The notes under the pieces are model-generated. The model ran no database searches and had not been told where the DNA came from. It saw nothing but the letters and a program-made list of their open reading frames with translations. A DNA stretch of 40,847 nucleotides. It comes from Patescibacteria group bacterium (GTDB lineage Bacteria; Patescibacteriota; Patescibacteriia; UBA9934; GWF2-40-263). The DNA is taken from positions 1-40,847 of the forward strand of contig SCSL01000040.1 in assembly GCA_004298405.1 (NCBI GenBank), written 5' to 3'. Of the stretch, positions 34,329 through 40,847 are shown piece by piece (positions within the stretch are counted from its first letter, which is position 1; each line of letters begins with the position of its first letter). The translations under genes and the position numbers were made by a program.

Positions 34329-34640
34329 ATGTTCAACAAACTCAAACACATCAAGGATCTCAAGAAACAAGGAAAGATTATGCAGAACGAACTTGCGACC
34401 GTCGTGCAGGAAGGGTCATCTGCGTGGGGAAAGGTGAAACTGACCGTCAATGGGAATCGTGACTTGATCAGTGTAGCCATTGACGAGACGATGCTTACAG
34501 ACAAAACCAAACTCGAGGAGGCTATTAAAGAGGCGTGGAAAGATGCGACCGGAATGAAGTTTCAAATGAAGCTCGCCAAGAAGATGCAGGACATGGGCGG
34601 CATGGATATGCTGAAAAACTTTGGGGGAGGTGGCGAATAA
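34329..34640 (+). CDS. ybaB: YbaB/EbfC nucleoid-associated protein
   Basis: 103-aa ORF with the typical YbaB pattern and the conserved ybaB-recR adjacency. Confidence 0.85.
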   Translation: MFNKLKHIKDLKKQGKIMQNELATVVQEGSSAWGKVKLTVNGNRDLISVAIDETMLTDKTKLEEAIKEAWKDATGMKFQMKLAKKMQDMGGMDMLKNFGGGGE

Positions 34641-34643
34641 ATT

Positions 34644-35246
34644 GTGCGACGCTTCCCTGAACCCATTTCAAACCTCGTCGCGGCGTTTGCGCGGCTGCCA
34701 GGCGTGGGGCCCAAGACGGCCCTACGTTATGTTTTTTATCTTCTCACCCAACCAATCGTCGATCTTGAGGTGATGGCACGAGCGCTCACCCAACTGGGTG
34801 AACGAATCAAAATCTGCCCGCGCTGTTTCACCTACACCGAGCGGGATCTTTGTGAGATCTGTCAGGATCCAAAACGTGATGCACGTCTGTTGTGTGTGGT
34901 GGAAGAAGCACGCGACATTTCGACCATCGAGTCGACCGGTATGTACAACGGCTTCTACCATGTCCTGGGCGGAACACTCAATCCGATCGAGGGCATGACA
35001 CCTGACACGATCCGTTATCGACAATTACGTGAACGACTTGAGTCCGATCCCGGAGTACAGGAAGTCATTCTCGCGCTCTCCCCGACGACCTACGGCGAGG
35101 CAACTATCCTTTTCATTCAAAAATCTTTGGCTCCCTTGGGTCGCTCCCTCACTCGCCTTGCCCGCGGCCTTCCCCTTGGTGCCACGTTGGAGTTCGCTGA
35201 TGAAGTGACGCTGGGGGATGCTCTCAAAGGACGTAAACAAATCTAA
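34644..35246 (+). CDS. recR: Recombination protein RecR
   Basis: GTG start. LPGVGPKTA helix-hairpin-helix, zinc finger CPRCFTYTERDLCEIC and a Toprim segment VVEEARDISTIE are present. Confidence 0.93.
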   Translation: MRRFPEPISNLVAAFARLPGVGPKTALRYVFYLLTQPIVDLEVMARALTQLGERIKICPRCFTYTERDLCEICQDPKRDARLLCVVEEARDISTIESTGMYNGFYHVLGGTLNPIEGMTPDTIRYRQLRERLESDPGVQEVILALSPTTYGEATILFIQKSLAPLGRSLTRLARGLPLGATLEFADEVTLGDALKGRKQI

Positions 35247-35365
35247 ATTCCCTATGCTTCTCAACGGTCTTCTCAAAACCTGGTCGAGCTTTGTCTAACC
35301 CTTCCCTTCAAGAGGATAGGTCTTGTATCTGTCTTTTTAATTTCTTCCACACCGAAGGAGGTGAC

Positions 35366-36064
35366 GTGTACACGAATATCATCCAGGGTCGGGGTCCGTT
35401 GGTGCTCAGCGTCCCCCACGACGGGGCGACTATTCTTCCTGGAATCACACGGCGCACTTCAACCAAGCCACGCGACCTGGGAACGCTTCCGCTGGCCATG
35501 TCGCTTCGACACGAGCTTGGTTGTCTGGGAGAGGACTCAACGCTTGTCTGGTTCGATCTCCATCGCTCACAGGTCGATCCCAACGAGACAGACCGAGCAC
35601 GAGCATGTGTCCCCGGGCTCGAACGCGAGTTCGACGCATACCACGAGAGTCTCGACTACGCAGTGGAGACCGCGCTTACGTACTTCGGGAGATGCTTGCT
35701 GCTGGACATCCATCGATGCTCCCTTCCTGAAGGACCTGACATGATCTTGGGATCAGATCAGCATCGCGCATCGCCGCGGTCCCTCGACCTCGCACTCGCA
35801 CAGAATCTTCGTCAGAACTTCTCCGTCGCATTCTCGCCAGACCCCGCACGGGGAATCGACCGACGCTACCGCGGAGGCTGGATCGTCCGTCGCGCGGCCA
35901 AGCAGTTTGGGACGCGTGGACTTGACGCGGTCCAGCTTGAGCTCAACGATGCACTTTGGCGCCTTCCCCAACGCCCCCTCGCCCACCACCTCGCAACCGC
36001 CCTTGTACAGACCATCTCTCCCCGATCGACCACAACGCACAACGAAAAACAGGCGCCCCTCTGA
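35366..36064 (+). CDS. N-formylglutamate amidohydrolase (FGase, HutG-like) family protein
   Basis: The blocks PLVLSVPHDG, HRSQVDPNE, YHESL...LLLDIHRC and YRGGWIVRR...DAVQLELN parallel HutG. The start is set to GTG 35366, after AAGGAGG (35355-35361). Confidence 0.7.
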   Translation: MYTNIIQGRGPLVLSVPHDGATILPGITRRTSTKPRDLGTLPLAMSLRHELGCLGEDSTLVWFDLHRSQVDPNETDRARACVPGLEREFDAYHESLDYAVETALTYFGRCLLLDIHRCSLPEGPDMILGSDQHRASPRSLDLALAQNLRQNFSVAFSPDPARGIDRRYRGGWIVRRAAKQFGTRGLDAVQLELNDALWRLPQRPLAHHLATALVQTISPRSTTTHNEKQAPL

Positions 36065-36077
36065 CGCCTGTCTTTTT
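36045..36077. terminator. Bidirectional terminator shared by the convergent FGase-like and ABC transporter genes
   Basis: AAAAA-CAGGCG-N9-CGCCTG-TCTTTTT. The hairpin overlaps both stop codons. Confidence 0.6.
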
Positions 36078-37845
36078 ACTGAATGAATCCTCCTGCCTGG
36101 ATTTCCCAGAGCTTCTTGTAGATGTTCTCCTTTTTCTTGAGGAGTTGTTTATGCGTTCCGGAATCGACCACTTGGCCGTTGTCGATGACCAATATGCGAT
36201 CCATTTTCATGATCGTCGACAACCGGTGAGCGATAACGATGGTTGTTTTCCCACGCATCAACTCCTCGAGCGCTTCTTGGATGAGGGCCTCTGACTCGGA
36301 ATCCAAACTTGATGTGGCTTCATCGAGTACAAGAATCGGCGCGTTCTTGAGGATCGCTCGGGCGATGGCGATCCGCTGGCGCTCCCCACCAGACAATTTC
36401 ACTCCACGCTCACCGACGAAGGTCCCATAACCATCCTGCAACCCTTCAATGAACTCATGCGCGTGTGCCTTCTTTGCCGCTTCGATGATTTCCTCATCTG
36501 TCGCGTCGCGACGTCCGTAACGGATGTTGTCCATGATCGAGCGATGAAACAGGATTGGTTCTTGTGGAACCAGCGCGATGTTTGCTCGCAAGCTCTCCTG
36601 CGTTACTTTAGCGATGTTCTGATTCCCAACAATGATCTTTCCGCGCTCCACGTCATAAAATCGGAATAGGAGCTTTGTGATCGTCGACTTCCCTGCTCCA
36701 GAGGGTCCGACCAGCGCTACTTTCTCTCCAGGTTCAATGACAAGATTCATGTCGCGCAACACTCGACGCGTCTGGTTGAAGCTGAAGTAGACGTGTTGGA
36801 ACTCAATGCGACCAGACTGAATCTGGAGCTCCTTGGCGTTGTCGACATCCTGCACCTCATACGGCGTATTCATGATCTCAACAATCTCATCCGCATCCGC
36901 CAGTGCCTCGTAGGTTCGACGAACGGAACGGCCGATATCCCACAAAACCATGAAGAAGCCAATAAGATATCCCTGGATGAGCGCAAAATCTCCGATCGTC
37001 AATTGACCTTCCTGCCAGAGACCGATGGCAAAATACATGATCAAGAACTCGATGGCGATCATCAGAATAGCTTGGCCGGCATCCATAATTTCTCCGAGGT
37101 TCCAAGTAAATGTATTTACCCGACGCCAACGCTCAAGCACTTCATGGAAGAGACTCTGTTCGTGGTTGAGTCCGTTGAAAAGTTTAATTGTGATTGCGTT
37201 CGACGCTGAATCAGCAAGAACTCCTGTTGCCTCTGAGTCCAGCTGCGAACGGCGATAATCGAACTTCGTCTTCCATCGCGAGAACAAGAAATTGAACAAT
37301 AGGTAAAAGAAAACCCATGCGAACAAAACGGTTCCCAACAGGACGCTTCGACCACACAGAACGAAGAGATTTCCGATAATAATCACCGTCACAGGAACAA
37401 ATGTAAAAAGAATCTGATCCATGAGCTTCTCGAAGGCATTTCCGATGCGATTCACTTTTCGGACGAGTGAACCAGCAAAATTGTTTGTGAAAAACCTATA
37501 GCTATGACCATGAAGATACTCATGGGCGCTTGCGTTGAGATCCGTCATCACGCGAGGCTGGAACCAATTATTGATGAGCGCCATAGCGCGCCAGCACACC
37601 CAAGCGCCAAGGTGGAAACAGAGGATGATAAACACGGTACCGACCAACGCTGTACGTAAATTGGTTGTAGCTATGACATCACCTGCGAGCAGGTCGAAGA
37701 ACCGTTTATAGAAAACCGGTATGATGACGTCGACGGTTTTCGCAAGTACGATCAAGGACAATAACAACATGGCTCGGCCAGAATATGGTCGGATATGCTC
37801 CCAAAAAAGTTTCAGTATCGCTTTTGTGTTGATGTGTTCTCGCAT
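36076..37845 (-). CDS. ABC exporter, fused permease/ATPase (MsbA/MdlB-like)
   Basis: 589-aa ORF with a six-TM N-terminal half, Walker A GPSGAGKST, signature LSGGERQR and Walker B ILVLDEATS. Confidence 0.9.
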   Translation of the reverse strand: MREHINTKAILKLFWEHIRPYSGRAMLLLSLIVLAKTVDVIIPVFYKRFFDLLAGDVIATTNLRTALVGTVFIILCFHLGAWVCWRAMALINNWFQPRVMTDLNASAHEYLHGHSYRFFTNNFAGSLVRKVNRIGNAFEKLMDQILFTFVPVTVIIIGNLFVLCGRSVLLGTVLFAWVFFYLLFNFLFSRWKTKFDYRRSQLDSEATGVLADSASNAITIKLFNGLNHEQSLFHEVLERWRRVNTFTWNLGEIMDAGQAILMIAIEFLIMYFAIGLWQEGQLTIGDFALIQGYLIGFFMVLWDIGRSVRRTYEALADADEIVEIMNTPYEVQDVDNAKELQIQSGRIEFQHVYFSFNQTRRVLRDMNLVIEPGEKVALVGPSGAGKSTITKLLFRFYDVERGKIIVGNQNIAKVTQESLRANIALVPQEPILFHRSIMDNIRYGRRDATDEEIIEAAKKAHAHEFIEGLQDGYGTFVGERGVKLSGGERQRIAIARAILKNAPILVLDEATSSLDSESEALIQEALEELMRGKTTIVIAHRLSTIMKMDRILVIDNGQVVDSGTHKQLLKKKENIYKKLWEIQAGGFIQ

Positions 37846-37877
37846 AAAAGAAAATCGCCGTTTTAGGCGGCGATTTT
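37846..37877 (-). terminator. Strong hairpin overlapping the rplU stop and abutting the ABC transporter ATG
   Basis: A 10-bp perfect stem pairs AAAATCGCCG (37851-37860) with CGGCGATTTT (37868-37877). On the minus strand it is followed by CTTTT, then ATG. Confidence 0.5.
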
Positions 37878-38183
37878 TTCAATCTTGATTCGAGTGTACG
37901 GCTGTCTGTGCCCGACGTTTCGTCGGTACCGAGACTTTGACTTGTACTTGATGACCGAGACTTTTGTAGCCCGACCTTGTTCAAGCACCGTTGCCGACAC
38001 TTTCGCGCCGCTAAGAGTGGGTGTTCCCACCTGTGTAGCTGTTCCTTCCTCGTCAGACACGAGCAGAACATCAAAACTGAGGTTTGCTCCGACGTCTGAG
38101 TCGAGTTTCTCAATCTTAAGTTCCTGTCCTTCTCGGACGAGGTACTGTTTCCCTCCTGTCTGGATTACGGCGAGTGTTGCCAT
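37863..38183 (-). CDS. rplU: 50S ribosomal protein L21
   Basis: 106-aa ORF starting MATLAVIQTGGKQYLVREGQELKIEKL. Confidence 0.93.
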   Translation of the reverse strand: MATLAVIQTGGKQYLVREGQELKIEKLDSDVGANLSFDVLLVSDEEGTATQVGTPTLSGAKVSATVLEQGRATKVSVIKYKSKSRYRRNVGHRQPYTRIKIEKIAA

Positions 38184-38313
38184 AGCAGTATTTCCGCGGT
38201 TCCTCTGTTCCTGTGGGACGCCACTAAAGTGACTATGAAGAATTCATAGGGGCTTTAGCCCCGTCACAGTAACCAGTATACCAGCGTCGTTAATAAGTAA
38301 TAACGCCGGTAGA

Positions 38314-38739
38314 TTACTCATCCGCGAGTCGAATGTCAAGAATATCGCCTATTTTCAATCCATTCTGAGAGACAAACCCTGCAGAAACCTCCAAAACCTT
38401 ATCCACAGGGGCGGGCGACGTATAAATCGTCTCAGCAGGATCCTCTGGTTGAGCGTCCTGCACAAAGCCAACGACACGTTCCCCATCGATCCAGAGAATG
38501 TCAATTGGGATGAACATGTCCTTCATCCAGTAGCGCTGATATTCCAATCCATCGTGCAAAAACAAAAGACCCTCGTCGGCCTCAAGCGACTCGCGACCCG
38601 AAAATCCCTTCTCGCGCTCAAAAATATCGTCGGCGATGTCTACATGGACAACGGTCTCGTTGGGAAAAACGACGACAGGTTCGACAGGCGAACATCCTGC
38701 GCCGAGAAACAAAAGTGAAAGAACAAACCATCTACGCAT
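38314..38739 (-). CDS. DUF192-family protein, probable lipoprotein
   Basis: The start MRRWFVLSLLFLGAGCSP contains a lipobox-like LGAGC. The DUF192-like core is GLLFLH...YWMKDMFIPIDILWID. Confidence 0.72.
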   Translation of the reverse strand: MRRWFVLSLLFLGAGCSPVEPVVVFPNETVVHVDIADDIFEREKGFSGRESLEADEGLLFLHDGLEYQRYWMKDMFIPIDILWIDGERVVGFVQDAQPEDPAETIYTSPAPVDKVLEVSAGFVSQNGLKIGDILDIRLADE

Positions 38740-39769
38740 GTCGATCTTTTTGAACAAGAAGAAGCGCGCCCAGCACCATAATGATTCCAAGAATCAACAG
38801 AGCCACAAGCTTCTCACGACTCTGAAGAAATAACGCACTGACACCAAAGGCAGAGGCGATCACGATATAGAGAAGCACGATGTGCGTCTGTCCCCAGCCG
38901 AGTTTAAGAAGTCGGTGATGGAGATGCTTTTTATCGCCCTGAAAAATCCGCGAAAATCCACCCTCGCGCCATCGTCGACTCACAACCCAGACCACATCCA
39001 ACAAAGGAATGCCTAAAACAAGGAGCGCGGTCGCGAGTTTCCCTCCAGAGATGACCGCAAGAATTCCGAGCATGTATCCGACAAACGTGCTTCCTCCTTC
39101 TCCTAAAAAAATGGACGCTGGGTGGATATTCCAAAATAGGAACCCAACGAACGCGCCCAATGCAACAGCGGATAGAAGGGCAACATCCGGCTGGAAGTAG
39201 GCGACCGTAAGCGAGAGAAGCATGACCATGAGAGCCCCCACGCTCGTGACGGACGTTGCCAAACCATCAAGGCCGTCGAGGAATTTCGTCGTATACATAA
39301 CCACCAAGAGCCAGACAAACACGAGCAGATCCGATTGCCAACCCGCAAGAAAAATCTGACCACCAAGCGGGTTGGAAAGTTTTTCTACCTCAATGCCAAA
39401 CCAGATGGCTGTAAGGACGGCGAGGATCGGGGCGATGATCGCCAGGCGCGGTGGAAGCGTAAACCGATCGTCAATGATCCCGCCAACCATCAGTATCAGT
39501 CCTCCCAAAAGCACGCCGACATATTGCCGTGTGGCGATTTCACCAGAAGTCAACCAATCACTCGAAATCAGGATCCCAATCGTCGCGGCGGTGATTGAGA
39601 CAAAGATCGCGATCCCCCCCAACATAGCCACGGGACGCGAATGAATTTTTCGCCAAGACCCTGGCTGGTCAATGATGCCGAAATGAATCGCGACTCGCCG
39701 AACAAACAGCGTCAAAAAAAACGATAGGACAAACGCCAGCGTCCCCCAAAGGATGAGTGTAGTCATCAT
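38732..39769 (-). CDS. Glycosyltransferase family 4 polyprenyl-phosphate sugar-1-phosphate transferase (WecA/MraY family)
   Basis: 345-aa polytopic ORF with IDQPGSWRKIHSRPVAMLGG and DGLDGLA motifs. It overlaps the clp stop by 4 nt. Confidence 0.8.
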   Translation of the reverse strand: MMTTLILWGTLAFVLSFFLTLFVRRVAIHFGIIDQPGSWRKIHSRPVAMLGGIAIFVSITAATIGILISSDWLTSGEIATRQYVGVLLGGLILMVGGIIDDRFTLPPRLAIIAPILAVLTAIWFGIEVEKLSNPLGGQIFLAGWQSDLLVFVWLLVVMYTTKFLDGLDGLATSVTSVGALMVMLLSLTVAYFQPDVALLSAVALGAFVGFLFWNIHPASIFLGEGGSTFVGYMLGILAVISGGKLATALLVLGIPLLDVVWVVSRRWREGGFSRIFQGDKKHLHHRLLKLGWGQTHIVLLYIVIASAFGVSALFLQSREKLVALLILGIIMVLGALLLVQKDRHA

Positions 39770-40847
39770 AGATCCTCTCCCTTTTCAATTCGAATCTTGC
39801 CTCCTTCCGTGAGCACGATGGTATCACGACGACGAACCTCACCTTGCAAAAGGGCATTCGCTATCGCGTTGTCGACTTCTTCTTGAACCAGACGTCGCAA
39901 GGGACGTGCGCCAAACTTTGGATCAAACCCACGCTGTGCCAGGTCCTGCACGGCGGCGTCCTCCGCACGGAACCCAATTCCCTTTGGATCGAGTCGTGAA
40001 GCTACTGCCTTCATGAACAGCTTGGTGATCTCTACAACATCCTCTTGTGCAAGCGGCTTGAAGACAACAATCCCATCAAAACGGTTTAAAAACTCTGGCC
40101 GATAAATCCCTCGCAATTCTTCTTCGACCAAGTGTGTCTTGATAACCTCGAGGTCCTCCGCACGACCGACCGCGTCTTGGATGTACTGCGTGCCCGCGTT
40201 GCTTGTGCAGATGATGATCGTATTGGTGAAATCGATCGTACGACCAACGGAATCCGTGAGGCGACCATCGTCAAACACCTGAAGAAAAATGTTCAGAATA
40301 TCTGGGTGAGCTTTCTCGAGCTCGTCGAGCAAAACAATCGCAAACGGTTGCTTGCGCACCGCCTCCGTAAGAAGTCCCCCGCTTTGAGAACCTGGAGTGC
40401 CCAGCATCCGATTGATGCTGGTGGCGTCCTGATACTCGGACATGTCGAGTCGTACCATCATGTCCTCACTTCCGAAATATGTTTCTGCCACGGTCTTGGC
40501 GAGTTCCGTTTTACCGACACCGGTTGGACCAAGGAACAGGAATGTCGCAATCGGACGCGCTTGTGAACGCAATTCCGTACGAGCTCGACGCAAGGCCGAG
40601 GACACCGCGCTCACCGCTTCATCCTGTCCGATCACACGGCCATGCATTTTTTCTTCGAGTCCCAAGAGCTTTTCTTTTTCATCTTCTGCCACAGACATCG
40701 TGGGGATCCCTGTTTTTGAACTTACAATCTGTGCCACATCCTCACCTGTCACGAGCGCATCTTTTCCACGAGATTGAGAAACCTGCAACGCCGTCTCACG
40801 TGCAACCTCGATCGCCTTCTTGGGCAAGTATGTTTCGTGCATGTACC
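39766..40847 (-). CDS. ClpB/ClpC-family AAA+ chaperone, C-terminal (D2) part; the 5' end lies outside the window
   Basis: RVIGQDEAV, Walker A GPTGVGKTE, Walker B IVLLDELEKAH and sensor-2 GARPLRR are present. The frame is open to the window edge. Confidence 0.85.
   Translation of the reverse strand, partial: YMHETYLPKKAIEVARETALQVSQSRGKDALVTGEDVAQIVSSKTGIPTMSVAEDEKEKLLGLEEKMHGRVIGQDEAVSAVSSALRRARTELRSQARPIATFLFLGPTGVGKTELAKTVAETYFGSEDMMVRLDMSEYQDATSINRMLGTPGSQSGGLLTEAVRKQPFAIVLLDELEKAHPDILNIFLQVFDDGRLTDSVGRTIDFTNTIIICTSNAGTQYIQDAVGRAEDLEVIKTHLVEEELRGIYRPEFLNRFDGIVVFKPLAQEDVVEITKLFMKAVASRLDPKGIGFRAEDAAVQDLAQRGFDPKFGARPLRRLVQEEVDNAIANALLQGEVRRRDTIVLTEGGKIRIEKGEDL

Noticed and set aside
38184-38313. 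Known L21 ribosomal-protein leader RNA
   Set aside because: I cannot match the hairpins to a remembered consensus, and rpmA is missing downstream. A covariance-model scan is needed, so it is not called.
1-40847. CRISPR arrays, tRNA/rRNA/tmRNA genes, transposases/integrases, prophage or conjugative element boundaries
   Set aside because: No regularly spaced direct repeats, no tRNA-like T-arm (GTTCGAATC-type) sequences in the spacers, and no recombinase-like ORFs were seen. The VirD4-like gene has no accompanying mobile-element genes in the window.
1-40847. Alternative genetic code (for example UGA recoding, as in some candidate phyla)
   Set aside because: All housekeeping genes are full length under the standard code, with TGA, TAA and TAG all used as terminal stops.

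Overview
This is a 40.8-kb, densely coding bacterial chromosome segment with most genes on the minus strand and very short spacers. I recognise no rRNA, tRNA, CRISPR array, transposase or integrase. Confidently named housekeeping genes are mnmA, uppP, secD, secF, secA, hpf, murB, murC, glyA, folD, dnaB, ybaB, recR, rplU and maf. Also present are a WecA/MraY-family transferase, an ABC exporter and the C-terminal half of a ClpB/ClpC-type chaperone. Lineage-specific genes sit between them. (1) A two-gene module encodes a cytoplasmic transglutaminase-vWA fusion protein and a 747-aa single-module AAA_5 (MoxR/CbbQ/NorQ-like) ATPase, followed by a SAMHD1-type HD hydrolase. (2) A membrane protein and a soluble VirD4/TraD-like ATPase with two C-terminal zinc ribbons are translationally coupled, and share an operon with uppP. 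No other type IV secretion genes are visible. (3) Two paralogous orphan genes are present, one of which needs a +1 frame change at a G5 run to recover its conserved C-terminus. (4) A PPDK_N/His-swivel-like enzyme lies convergent to a PP2C phosphatase and Fic AMPylase tandem. (5) secD carries a parvulin PPIase insertion. (6) Short GC-rich palindromes lie in frame inside secA and murC and in the glyA upstream spacer. GC content looks strongly heterogeneous between genes. The gene style fits a reduced uncultivated lineage such as Patescibacteria/CPR, but that is inference only. All functional calls rest on motifs read by eye, and no database search was run.
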